DNA of 60,144 bases, the filler included. It is 7 parts of 7 records of this genome, joined end to end, with 100 filler letters (N's around TTAATTAATTAA, not from the genome) between each part and the next. Parts side by side here need not be neighbours in the genome. Positions count along the whole stretch, not along the records: positions 36,714 to 47,102 come from SRR31147125_649; positions 47,203 to 54,908 come from SRR31147125_690; 5 more parts are not named here. One strand, given 5' to 3'. Below, piece by piece: positions 42,290-52,030 of this stretch. Each line of letters begins with the position of its first letter. Position 1 is the stretch's first letter. Position numbers and translations under genes: made by a program. The notes beneath the pieces were generated by a model. That model did not search any database and was not told where the DNA came from. It saw only the letters and a list, made by a program, of their open reading frames with translations.

Positions 42290-43108
42290 ATGAAAGATTT
42301 TAAAAATAAAGTGGTTGTGATTACAGGTGGATCAATGGGTATTGGTAAAGCAATGGCAGATAAATTTGGATCTCTTGGAGCAAAAGTTATTATTAGTGCA
42401 AGAAGAGAACAAAGACTCATTGAAGCGGTTAAAGATCTAAAAAAACAAGGTATTCAAGCAAGTTATAAAACATGTGATGTATCCAAATTAGAAGAAATTA
42501 AAGCATTAGAGCGTTTTGTCATCGAGCGCTATGGTCATATTGATGTCATTGTTAATAATGCTGGAATTACTGGACAAGCTGGCCTTGTTGTTGATATGCC
42601 TATTGAAGCGTTTCAGCAAGTCATTAATGTTAATGTGTTTGGCGTTGTCAATAGTGCAAATGTTTTTGGAAAAAGATTCATCAAACAAAAAACACCTGCG
42701 ATGTTTATTAATATGGCATCTGAAGTAGGGTTATATCCAGTAGGACCGATGATGTCAACATATACAAGTTCAAAATATATGCAACGTGCGATAACGTCTA
42801 TGTTAAAACTTGAGATGCCATCATTTGTTGAAGTATGTGGTATTTATCCAGGTCTTGTGCAATCAGAACTTGGTGGTAGTAAAGATGCAACTGCAGCAGG
42901 CATGCCTACTGCTACTTATGTAGATTTTATATGGCCACAAATAGAAAATGGAGAATTATATATTGTATCCCACCCTTGGGGCAGAGAATATTTTAATGAA
43001 TCAGTACAAAACATTATTCATGCATTTGATCAATATGCACCTCATTATGATGGTGATGATGTCTATGATACACGTTCAATTGCAAAAAAAATGTTTGAAA
43101 ATCAATAA
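42290..43108 (+). CDS. Short-chain dehydrogenase/reductase
   Basis: TGGSMGIG, NNAG, YTSSK. Confidence 0.92.
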   Translation: MKDFKNKVVVITGGSMGIGKAMADKFGSLGAKVIISARREQRLIEAVKDLKKQGIQASYKTCDVSKLEEIKALERFVIERYGHIDVIVNNAGITGQAGLVVDMPIEAFQQVINVNVFGVVNSANVFGKRFIKQKTPAMFINMASEVGLYPVGPMMSTYTSSKYMQRAITSMLKLEMPSFVEVCGIYPGLVQSELGGSKDATAAGMPTATYVDFIWPQIENGELYIVSHPWGREYFNESVQNIIHAFDQYAPHYDGDDVYDTRSIAKKMFENQ

Positions 43109-43111
43109 TAT

Positions 43112-43145
43112 TGGCGCAATCTGTGGTTTTAATGACATGATATGT
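43112..43145 (+). promoter_or_regulatory. Two 21-bp-spaced direct repeats upstream of the AraC gene
   Basis: TGGCGCAATCTGT (43112) and TGACATGATATGT (43133), similar to the 41208-41262 repeats. Confidence 0.5.
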
Positions 43146-43170
43146 GTGATAATATAATATATAATAAGGA

Positions 43171-44157
43171 GTGAAACTTATGTTTTATGATTTTAGATTC
43201 GAAGTTAAATATTTAAATTTATATCAGCACTTGGGTATTCATGTCGCCTCTATTTTGAAACAAGCAGGTGTGCCACCTCGAGCAATTCATAATGAACATT
43301 ATAAACTGACTTTAGAACAGTATAAAGCTGTCCTTGAAAGTTTTGATCGTCAAATTGATGTTGAAAGAATTGTTGAATTTTCAAAAATAGAGTCAAATGT
43401 GATGTTTGTCCCAGAGTTTTTCGCGGGATTATGTGCAGGCAATGGTCATCAATGTATCGAAAGAATTTCAAAATACAAAAAGATTATTGCTCCTATAAAT
43501 ATGGTTGTTGAGTCAAATCTTGAAACTACGACGATAACCTACCAATATCAAGATAAGGATAAATTACCGTTTTCAATGTTAATGAATGCATTTTTAAGCA
43601 TTCTAAGTATAGTCAGACAAGGAAGTGGCAATCCTGATATTAAACCAATTGCTCTATATACAAAGACTAAATATCCACAATCAGCAATAGATTATATGGG
43701 GATTGAACCGACTATTTCAGAAACGAATAAAATAGTATTTAATCATCATGATTTAAATCAACCGTTTGTAACAGAAAATAATTATATGTGGGAGTATTTA
43801 GAAACTGAGTTAAATCAAAGACTAAAAAAAACCTATGATCAACAATCATTTTCGGCACTTGTTAGACAAACACTTATTGAACTTATACCAGGTGGTATAA
43901 GTGATCAAGAACGTATCGCATTTGAATTAGGGATGAGCAAACGAACTTTACAAAGAAAATTAAGCGAAGAAGGTACAACATTTAATCAGCAACTTAATCA
44001 AACCAGGGAATTACTAGTGAGAAACTATTTGAAAACGGGTATGAATCTGGATGAAATAGCTTTTTTAGTTAATTACCTAGATGTGAAATCTTTATCAAGA
44101 GCATTTAAGTCTTGGACAGGTATGAGCGTAACAGCATATAGAAAACAAGTCATTTAA
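43171..44157 (+). CDS. AraC-family transcriptional regulator (long N-terminal ligand domain)
   Basis: IAFELGMSKRTLQRKL...G and IAFLV.Y......RAFKSWTG HTH motifs. Confidence 0.93.
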   Translation: MKLMFYDFRFEVKYLNLYQHLGIHVASILKQAGVPPRAIHNEHYKLTLEQYKAVLESFDRQIDVERIVEFSKIESNVMFVPEFFAGLCAGNGHQCIERISKYKKIIAPINMVVESNLETTTITYQYQDKDKLPFSMLMNAFLSILSIVRQGSGNPDIKPIALYTKTKYPQSAIDYMGIEPTISETNKIVFNHHDLNQPFVTENNYMWEYLETELNQRLKKTYDQQSFSALVRQTLIELIPGGISDQERIAFELGMSKRTLQRKLSEEGTTFNQQLNQTRELLVRNYLKTGMNLDEIAFLVNYLDVKSLSRAFKSWTGMSVTAYRKQVI

Positions 44158-44179
44158 ACTTACAGTGTTTAAAACAAAT

Positions 44180-44210
44180 AAAAATCGAAATTCAGCATTT
44201 CGATTTTTTT
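44180..44210 (+). terminator. Rho-independent terminator
   Basis: AAAAATCGAAAT / ATTTCGATTTTT hairpin with T-tail. Confidence 0.7.
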
Positions 44211-44308
44211 AATAAATATAGAACAATAAAGGTTTTGTGTTGAATCGTTACATAAATTGTGTTAGTCTTGATGTGTATAAAACATACCATAAAAGGAGAT
44301 ATATAAAT

Positions 44309-45301
44309 ATGAATCAAACATTTAAAGCTTATGTAGTACGTGAAGATGAAAACCAAAACTATATAAGAAATATAGAAAATAAAAAAATATCAGATTTACC
44401 TGAAGGTGATGTATTAATTAAAGTTAAATATTCATCACTAAACTATAAAGACGCATTATCGGCAACGGGAAATAAAGGTGTGACAAAACAATATCCACAT
44501 ACACCAGGCATTGATGTAAGTGGTATTGTTGTAGAATCTATAGATGATACATTTAAAGCTGGCGATGAAGTACTCGTCACTGGTTATGATTTAGGTATGA
44601 ATGTATCGGGTGGGTATCAATCATATATCCGTGTACCAAAATCTTGGGTTATTCCACTACCTAAAGGATTATCTCTTAAAGAAGCTATGGTTTATGGGAC
44701 AGCTGGATTCACTGCTGCTTTATCAGTATATAAGCTCATTGAAGGTGGTGTGAAACCATCAGATGGTGCGATTTTAGTCACTGGTGCTACAGGTGGTGTT
44801 GGTAGTGTTTCTGTAAGTATTTTATCTAAATTAGGATATGAAGTCTATGCACTTACAGGTAAAGCTCATGCAAAACAAACACTCATTGATCTTGGTGCAA
44901 AAGATATTATTTTAAGAGATGAGTTTAATGCGCAAAAAGATCGCCCTTTATTGAAAACAAGATGGGCTGGTGTTATTGATACTGTTGGTGGCAAAATTTT
45001 AGAGAAAGCTATCAAAGCAACCCAATATGATGGTGTTGTGACATGCTGTGGTCTGGTCGCATCACCAAACTTAGAACTTACGGTATTTCCATTTATTTTA
45101 AGAGGTGTAAGTTTACTGGGGATTGATTCTGTTGAATGCAAGAAAGATCATCGATTAAAAGTTTGGGAAAAAATAGCAACTGATTGGAAAATTGAAAATT
45201 TAGCTTATCAAGAAATCACACTAGATGAATTGTCGGATAAGATTGATCTCATATTGAAAGGTCAGTTAGTCGGTCGTACAATTGTTAAAATAGATGCATA
45301 A
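44309..45301 (+). CDS. yhdH: YhdH/YhfP-family MDR oxidoreductase (acryloyl-CoA reductase AcuI-like)
   Basis: SSLNYKDA, GTAGFTA, TGATGGVGS, PFILRGV.LLGIDSV. AAGGAG RBS before ATG 44309. Confidence 0.9.
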   Translation: MNQTFKAYVVREDENQNYIRNIENKKISDLPEGDVLIKVKYSSLNYKDALSATGNKGVTKQYPHTPGIDVSGIVVESIDDTFKAGDEVLVTGYDLGMNVSGGYQSYIRVPKSWVIPLPKGLSLKEAMVYGTAGFTAALSVYKLIEGGVKPSDGAILVTGATGGVGSVSVSILSKLGYEVYALTGKAHAKQTLIDLGAKDIILRDEFNAQKDRPLLKTRWAGVIDTVGGKILEKAIKATQYDGVVTCCGLVASPNLELTVFPFILRGVSLLGIDSVECKKDHRLKVWEKIATDWKIENLAYQEITLDELSDKIDLILKGQLVGRTIVKIDA

Positions 45302-45303
45302 TA

Positions 45304-45337
45304 AAAGCCAGATATGTATAAAATCATATCTGGCTTT
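45304..45337. terminator. Bidirectional terminator
   Basis: AAAGCCAGATATG / CATATCTGGCTTT perfect 13-bp inverted repeat between convergent genes. Confidence 0.8.
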
Positions 45338-45358
45338 CTATTTATTTATCACACGTGA

Positions 45359-46108
45359 TTAATCTCTAAATATGCTGATTATAGATTTATAGATTAAAAC
45401 CATTTGTTTTTTAATAGATAACATCAAGTTTTTAATGACGCTTGTGATCACAACAACTAATCTAACTAAATATTTAATACTATGATGATATATCCAACGA
45501 AAAACGATATATAAAAAGTGTTTAACATGGATAAAGATACCTTTAATAAATATATATATAGGACGAAATACTCTTTTTAATAGTTGATAAATCCACTTAC
45601 AAATGATGATGAGTAGTTTTTTTATTTTTATACTTATATGTTTGATAATCTTATAAATAGGACTAAAGATATATATGATGACGTGCCAAATCCATTTTAA
45701 AAAAGAAATGACTAGATGCTTTAAATAGAGATATATCCATCTAAAAAAACGATATATAGGATTAAAAATAATATGTAGTATATGTGAAACCCAAACACAA
45801 ATGCGATACATGATTTGCCAGATAAATTTCAAAATATGGTATATGATTCTAATCATAGGTTTAAAAAGATAAGACAATAATCGATATATTGGCTTAAATA
45901 TTAATAAAAGAAATGATTTAATATATTTAAATATGATAGATAATAAATCTATGATTTGACTAAATAGCCAAATTAATTTATCTGCTATATAATTAATGGA
46001 AGTATCGAAAACTTTAAATAACCATTTACCAAGTTCTGTAACTAGAACAATCACAAAAGCAAATGGATAAATGAGAATACGGAAAAATTTTTTTATATAT
46101 TTAAACAT
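45359..46108 (-). CDS. Hypothetical cationic amphipathic protein built from 11-residue repeats
   Basis: 249 aa; repeats such as IFKPIYRLLSY, IFNPIYRFFRW, IFSPIYKIIKH, VFRPIYIFIKG. G-rich RBS upstream. Confidence 0.7.
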   Translation of the reverse strand: MFKYIKKFFRILIYPFAFVIVLVTELGKWLFKVFDTSINYIADKLIWLFSQIIDLLSIIFKYIKSFLLLIFKPIYRLLSYLFKPMIRIIYHILKFIWQIMYRICVWVSHILHIIFNPIYRFFRWIYLYLKHLVISFLKWIWHVIIYIFSPIYKIIKHISIKIKKLLIIICKWIYQLLKRVFRPIYIFIKGIFIHVKHFLYIVFRWIYHHSIKYLVRLVVVITSVIKNLMLSIKKQMVLIYKSIISIFRD

Positions 46109-46136
46109 AAGGCCCCCTACTTAAAAACTTTATATA

Positions 46137-46484
46137 TTACGCGTTAATTGCATCTTCACTATAGTGCTTACCTAATAATAATTTCTTAATGTTATCTTTT
46201 GATTGAAAACTTGCATACAATACATAAATACTTGCAGTAAAAAAACCAAGTGTCATCATGAAAAAAATCCAAATAGCACTATGAGCAACATGTGATTCTC
46301 GATAAACTATCCATAATGAGAAAAGTACAAATCCTACATACAAATCAACAAAAGATACGATTCCCCAAGGATTATCAAAAAGTGCTGCACCATCTTCAAA
46401 AAAACTACCATTAATAAAGCCATTGAATAATACAATTGTCATTGATAAAGCACCAATGACTGCAAACGCTTTTATAAGTTTCAT
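46137..46484 (-). CDS. DUF1475-family membrane protein
   Basis: NPWGIVSFVDLYVGF...W..YRE motif. Confidence 0.8.
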   Translation of the reverse strand: MKLIKAFAVIGALSMTIVLFNGFINGSFFEDGAALFDNPWGIVSFVDLYVGFVLFSLWIVYRESHVAHSAIWIFFMMTLGFFTASIYVLYASFQSKDNIKKLLLGKHYSEDAINA

Positions 46485-46631
46485 AAAATATCAACTCCCT
46501 TATGATATATATGATATCATATCATATAAAAATATGATAAAAATCTTATTAATTATATGTATTTAGTGTGCTCTGATTAAATACATAATATATACATGTT
46601 ATAATTAAAGTAGATAAAAAGGAGTGGTGAC

Positions 46632-47033
46632 ATGTTAGACTATTTGTTAATGTTTGTTTTTACATTTGTAGTATTTTTTGTGATTGATATTTTATGGTTA
46701 TCTATTTTTGCAAAAAAAACCTATGATAAATATTTAGGGTATTTACTTGCTAAAAAAGTTGTTTGGCCAGCAGCAATTATATTCTACATACTATTTATTA
46801 TTGGGCTTGTTTATTTTGCCATTGCACCTGGTGTAGAAGCATCTTCAATCGGTAAGGTTATATTAAATGGAGCCTTATTTGGATTCTTCACATATGCAAC
46901 GTACGATTTAACAAATTTAGCAACAGTCAGAGACTGGCCACTTAAAATTACAATCATTGACTTAATTTGGGGGACATCAGTTGGTACTTTATCCGCAACG
47001 CTTGGTTATTTATTATTCACACTTATAGCATAA
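46632..47033 (+). CDS. DUF2177-family membrane protein
   Basis: D.LWL, YATYDLTNLAT...WP.....DL.WG motif. Confidence 0.88.
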   Translation: MLDYLLMFVFTFVVFFVIDILWLSIFAKKTYDKYLGYLLAKKVVWPAAIIFYILFIIGLVYFAIAPGVEASSIGKVILNGALFGFFTYATYDLTNLATVRDWPLKITIIDLIWGTSVGTLSATLGYLLFTLIA

Positions 47034-47102
47034 AAGTATAGAGGAGGATCCTAATGGATACGCTAACTTTAAGAAAAGATACTTTTTACCAGTCAATATT
47101 AG

Positions 47103-47202
47103 NNNNNNNNNNNNNNNNNNNNNNNNNNNNNNNNNNNNNNNNNNNNTTAATTAATTAANNNNNNNNNNNNNNNNNNNNNNNNNNNNNNNNNNNNNNNNNN
47201 NN
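47103..47202. other. Artificial contig spacer
   Basis: N44-TTAATTAATTAA-N44. Confidence 0.99.
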
Positions 47203-47251
47203 AAAAAAACGAGTTTATTAGTAATATTATTAGAATTATCTTTCTCATAAA

Positions 47252-48228
47252 CTACAACTCCTCTTTCTTTTTCGATTGAGCAATAAAATATGATATCAAA
47301 AATAAAGCCACACCTAGAAAAAGAAAATATTGATACAGTTCTCTATATTTTTTTATCTTTTCCTCTCTATTTACATCTCGCTTTAAATTTGCAATATCAA
47401 ATATGAATTTATCAATTCCTTCATTAAAGTTATCACTAAAGTAGGATTCTCCATTCCCTATAGTAGATAACTTATCCAATGTTCCCATATTTAATTTTGC
47501 TATAACTGTATTTCCATTTTCATCTTTGATAAAGCCTCGGTTTTCACCTTGAACCACATTTGGAATCAAGCCTCCATCTGTCGTTCCTATTCCAAGTGAA
47601 TAAACCTTTAATTTCTCTTTTTTATTCTTAATAAACTCAATAGAGTTGTTATCGTGTTCGTCTCCATCTGATATCACTAATACTACTTTTTCACTACTTC
47701 CGCTATTATCAAATGATTTATCAGCTAATCTAAGAGCTGCCTCTATATTAGTTCCTCCACCACTAATTAAATCAGTATCTAGTACATCTAAAAACATACT
47801 TGCCATACTATAGTCATCTGTTAATGGCATCTGAATATATGCCGAGCCTGAAAAAGGTATAAAACCAATTCTATCACCTTTGAGATTGTCCAGGATTTTA
47901 GCTATACTTTCTTTCGCTTTAAACATTCTACTTGGAACAACATCCTCAACCAACATTGATTTTGACACATCTATTAGTACATAAATATCTAAACCTTTTA
48001 CTTCAACCTTTTCGTAATCTCTTAGGATTCTAGGTTGAGTAAGAGAGAAAATTATTAAAAATATTCCTAAGCTCATCCCAAACAATGAAAAAAATTCTCT
48101 GTTTTTATGTAAGGATAAACCTAGTTTAGTTTTTATCTCCATTTTTTTCTAATTCCCAAACCAACAAATAATATAATCATGAGAAGTAGAATAAAAAACC
48201 ATGCGTATTTTATATTTCCGTATTCCAC
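47252..48228 (-). CDS. batB: VWA-domain protein, BatB-like; 5' frameshift at 48142-48148
   Basis: MIDAS DVSKSM, PLTDD, GGT, ISDG. The N-terminal TM (GTG at 48228) joins with one extra A. Confidence 0.8.
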
Positions 48229-48252
48229 AATTGTACCCCCGAATCAAACACC

Positions 48253-49227
48253 CTAAGGAATCTTAATATATTTGTTTTTATCCAAATATAAACCAGCACA
48301 AAGAAATAGCAATCCAATAATTACAAAGGACCTATATAACTCTGTGTATAAAAATATCTCGCGTGCTTCTAATTTTGTTTTTTCAAGTTCATTTATTTTG
48401 TCAAATATCTTCTCAAAGCTTTCTGTATCTTTAGCTCTATAATAATTTCCGCCTGTTTCATCTGCCATTTTTATTAATAACTTTTCATCTAAAGCAGTAT
48501 TTTTTACATTTCTAACTCCAAACAAAGTGTTTTGCTTAAAATACTCAGCCCCTACACCAACAGTATATAGTTTAATTCCCATCTCTTTTGATAGAATAAT
48601 GGCATTCTCTGGGCTAATCTCTCCAGCGTTATTTTGTCCATCAGTAACCAAGATTATTATCTTTGACTTAGCTTTACTTTTCTTTAATCTATTAATAGCC
48701 GTTGCAGTTCCTAGTCCAATTGCAGTTCTATTATTATCAATAATATCACTAGTAGACAAGGTTAATAAACTTTGCTTTAACACTTCATAATCTAAAGTTA
48801 ATGGCACCCTCGTATACGCACTTCCAGCAAACACAACTAAGCTAATCCTATCATTTAATCTACCATCAATGAACTTGTTTATTACCTCTTTACCCGCTTC
48901 TAATCTATTTGGTTCAAAATCTTTTTCGAGCATACTTTCTGAAATGTCCATTACAATAACAATATCAATTCCATCTTTTTTTATTTTTTTATTTTGCTCT
49001 ACTTTTTGAGGTCTAATAAGAGCTACGGTAAAAAACAGCATAGCTATAAATATTAGATTTTTTCCAAGAAGATGTTTTCGACTCCTCTTAAGTCCAGCCT
49101 GTTTTATCATCTCAACACTTGGAAAATTAATGCTACTCTTTTTAGATTTTTTAAAAAATAGATATATCAAAATTGGTATTAACAATAAGAAATACCAGCT
49201 AAATACTCTAATTTCCACCTGATTCAC
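48253..49227 (-). CDS. batA: VWA-domain protein, BatA-like
   Basis: MIDAS DISESM, PNRLE, PLTLD, TAIG, TDGQNNAG. Confidence 0.88.
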   Translation of the reverse strand: MNQVEIRVFSWYFLLLIPILIYLFFKKSKKSSINFPSVEMIKQAGLKRSRKHLLGKNLIFIAMLFFTVALIRPQKVEQNKKIKKDGIDIVIVMDISESMLEKDFEPNRLEAGKEVINKFIDGRLNDRISLVVFAGSAYTRVPLTLDYEVLKQSLLTLSTSDIIDNNRTAIGLGTATAINRLKKSKAKSKIIILVTDGQNNAGEISPENAIILSKEMGIKLYTVGVGAEYFKQNTLFGVRNVKNTALDEKLLIKMADETGGNYYRAKDTESFEKIFDKINELEKTKLEAREIFLYTELYRSFVIIGLLFLCAGLYLDKNKYIKIP

Positions 49228-49993
49228 CTTTTTCCTGTTCCATATTTAAGTTCCAACGTTTCTCTTCTATCTTTCCAACTATCTTAATTGCTTCATTTTT
49301 AAATTTTTCTCGTTCAGAACTTAATGTAGATAATGGATTAAATTTCTGTTGATCTAACGTAGAGAGTAGTTTTTCAAGATCTTCATCAATAAGATTGTTC
49401 TGCTCCTGATAAACTCCACTTAGAAACTTTGTTGATAGAGAGCTGTCTAAATATTTTCTAAGTGAATAACTTAACTGAAAATAATACTCCTCATCCGAAA
49501 GCTTTAATATGGAGTTATTAAACTCATCAATAGGAGATAGCTCCTCTTTTTTATTCTTTTTATTCTTATAATACCAATACATTAAAGCCAGTAATGGTAT
49601 TAGTGGAATAAAATATAAAAGCTCAATTGGGTAAGGAGCTTGAAGCTCACCAAAGCTAAGTTTCTCCTCAGAGTTTTCTCCAGAAAATTCTAAATAGATC
49701 TCTTTATCTTCTTCAGAAAGTAAAGATTTCACTTCAACATTTAAAGTTAATCCACCTACAACTATTTTGTGAGTACCTGTTTCATAAATTCTAAAAGAGA
49801 GTAAGTAATCATTTTTATTCTCTTTTAACTCTTCAACTTCATATTTCTCAAAGCTTTTTAACAAACTATCTTTACTAATATTTTTATCGATTTTTAATGT
49901 TATTTTATCTCCAACATTTATCTCCTTAGCATGAACAAATGCAAAAGATAAGCAAAAATAAATAACTGTAACTAAAAACTTTAGATTCTTCAC
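49208..49993 (-). CDS. Hypothetical Bat-operon membrane protein
   Basis: Signal peptide and one internal TM; lies between DUF58 and BatA. Confidence 0.7.
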   Translation of the reverse strand: MKNLKFLVTVIYFCLSFAFVHAKEINVGDKITLKIDKNISKDSLLKSFEKYEVEELKENKNDYLLSFRIYETGTHKIVVGGLTLNVEVKSLLSEEDKEIYLEFSGENSEEKLSFGELQAPYPIELLYFIPLIPLLALMYWYYKNKKNKKEELSPIDEFNNSILKLSDEEYYFQLSYSLRKYLDSSLSTKFLSGVYQEQNNLIDEDLEKLLSTLDQQKFNPLSTLSSEREKFKNEAIKIVGKIEEKRWNLNMEQEKGESGGN

Positions 49994-49997
49994 TTAT

Positions 49998-50811
49998 CTA
50001 CCTCCTCGCCTTAAAGAAGTGAGAAAGTTTTTTAACATAATCTTCTTCAACATTAAGTTCAATTAAATTTCTCATTTTATTATTAAGTCCATTTGCCAGA
50101 TGAATTTCCTCTTTCATATTCTCAAAAGTAAATTCCTCTCCAGTCTCAGAATCTGTAAAAGAGAAAACCGCACCCTTAGGAATAATATCTTTCTGCTCAT
50201 CCTTAATTCTAATTAAAACAACATCATGTTTCGATGAAAGTTTCTGTACATCTTTTTCATAATCTCTATCAAAAAATCCGAAATTATAAACACAATACTT
50301 CTCCTCTTTTGAACTCTGGAAAAATACTGCACTGCGTTTTTTATATCCGTTCCATTACTCTTCGGTTCAAAATCCAAAAGATTATCAATTAATGACAACG
50401 CATGTTTCTTCCCTTTTCTAAGAGGAAGCATTTTTTCAACTTTATCAGTAAATAATATTGCGCCAACCTTATCATCATTTTTTACAGCAGAGAAAGAGAG
50501 AACTGCTGATAATTCAGCTATCAATTCTCTTTTTCTTTTAAATAAATTTGATTTTGATATATCAATCATAAGAAAAAAATTTAACTCTCTCTCCTCCTCA
50601 AACTGTTTGACATAGGTTTTCCTCTGTCTTGCACTTACTTTCCAGTCAATATTCCTAACATCATCGCCAGGAGTATATCTCCTAATATCAGAAAACTCCA
50701 TTCCATTTCCTTTAAAAAATGAGTGATAACCTCCTGAAAATATCTCCTCACTTAGCCTATTTGACTTAATCTCTATCTGCTTTATTTTCTTAAGCAACTC
50801 TTTTTTTGCAT
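49998..50811 (-). CDS. DUF58-domain protein; frameshifts at 50801-50807 and 50271-50276
   Basis: GMEFSDIR.Y..GDDVR.IDW, EERE, ISDF. The restored C-terminus KHDV...DSETGE ends at 49998. Confidence 0.88.
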
Positions 50812-50824
50812 TTTTATCACACCT

Positions 50825-51796
50825 TTATGGTAACTCTACTTCATCAAGCATATTCGCAATAACCTGCTCAACACTTATTTCCTCTGCTTCTGCCTCATAA
50901 GTCAATATCAATCTATGTCTCAGTATATCATACGCTATAGCTCTTACATCGTCAGGCATAACATAAGCTCTGCCAGCTAAAAATGCTTTTGCTTTTGATG
51001 CCTTGATTAGATTTATTCCAGCTCTTGGAGAAGCTCCACATTGAATATAAGAATTTTCTTCTCTAGTCTTAAATATTATATTCAAAATATATTCTTTCAA
51101 CTTCTCATCTATATATATTTCACTAATTAAGTTCCTTAATTCAAAGATATCATCTTTACTAAGCTTTTGACTTAACTCAACCTCTTCCGGACTGCTGTTA
51201 GAGCTAATCATTTCTAATATTTGACGTTCTTCATACCTAGTTGGATACTTTATATTTAACTTCATCATAAACCTATCCTGTTGCGCTTCAGGTAATGGAT
51301 ATGTTCCATCTTGCTCAAGAGGATTTTGTGTTGCAAGAACTAAAAATGGTTTATCCAGTTTAAATGTCGTGTCTGCTATTGTTACCTGTTTTTCCTGCAT
51401 AGCTTCAAGCAAAGCTGCTTGAACTTTTGCAGGTGCTCTATTTATTTCATCAGCTAGAATCAAATTAGAAAAAACTGGTCCATGTTTTGTTCTAAATGAA
51501 GCTGTCTTTTCTTCATAAATCTCAGTTCCTATTATATCTGATGGTAGAAGGTCAGGGGTAAATTGAATTCTGCTGAAATCTAATCCCAAAACCTTTGATA
51601 TTGTGTTTACAGTAAGTGATTTAGCTAAACCTGGCACTCCTTCAAGTAAGATATGCCCACCTGTCAAAACTCCAATTAAAGTTTTATCTATCATTTCCTG
51701 TTGTCCTATTACAGCTTTTGAAATTTCAGATTTAACTTCATCAATTAATAGTTTTTTTTCTTCAACTCTCTGTTGAACTTGTTCCATTTTATTCAT
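50825..51796 (-). CDS. moxR: MoxR-family AAA+ ATPase
   Basis: EGVPGLAKS, RIQFTPDLLPSD, DEINRAPAK.Q, QNPLEQ.GTYPLPEAQ.DRF. Confidence 0.95.
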   Translation of the reverse strand: MNKMEQVQQRVEEKKLLIDEVKSEISKAVIGQQEMIDKTLIGVLTGGHILLEGVPGLAKSLTVNTISKVLGLDFSRIQFTPDLLPSDIIGTEIYEEKTASFRTKHGPVFSNLILADEINRAPAKVQAALLEAMQEKQVTIADTTFKLDKPFLVLATQNPLEQDGTYPLPEAQQDRFMMKLNIKYPTRYEERQILEMISSNSSPEEVELSQKLSKDDIFELRNLISEIYIDEKLKEYILNIIFKTREENSYIQCGASPRAGINLIKASKAKAFLAGRAYVMPDDVRAIAYDILRHRLILTYEAEAEEISVEQVIANMLDEVELP

Positions 51797-52030
51797 TATG
51801 TCCTCCTAGTTTTTGATAAAATACCAGTGGTTACTATTATACCAAATAAAGTCTAAGAAAATTATATTAAATTTTTCTTAGATTTCAAAAAAAATTAAAC
51901 TTTAGCTAGATTTTTTTTCATTTAAATGTTATTATTTCGTGGCTTTTTTAAATTTTTAGTTGAAACGCTAAAATTATTGTTGAAATAAAATGGTTTATAG
52001 AAATTTAAACATAAATATGTGGGAGGAAAA

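Noticed and set aside
45359-46108. Prophage tape-measure gene
   Set aside because: It is only 249 aa, has no phage genes nearby, and is Ile/Lys/Tyr-rich rather than Ala/Gly-rich.
36714-47102. Alternative genetic code (TGA=Trp, or TAA read-through) to explain the broken ORFs
   Set aside because: Intact genes in this segment use TGG for Trp and end in TAA or TGA; the breaks are confined to one gene.
47252-51796. MoxR-VWA cluster as a novel conflict system
   Set aside because: The order MoxR, DUF58, hypothetical, BatA, BatB is the well-known Bat-type operon.
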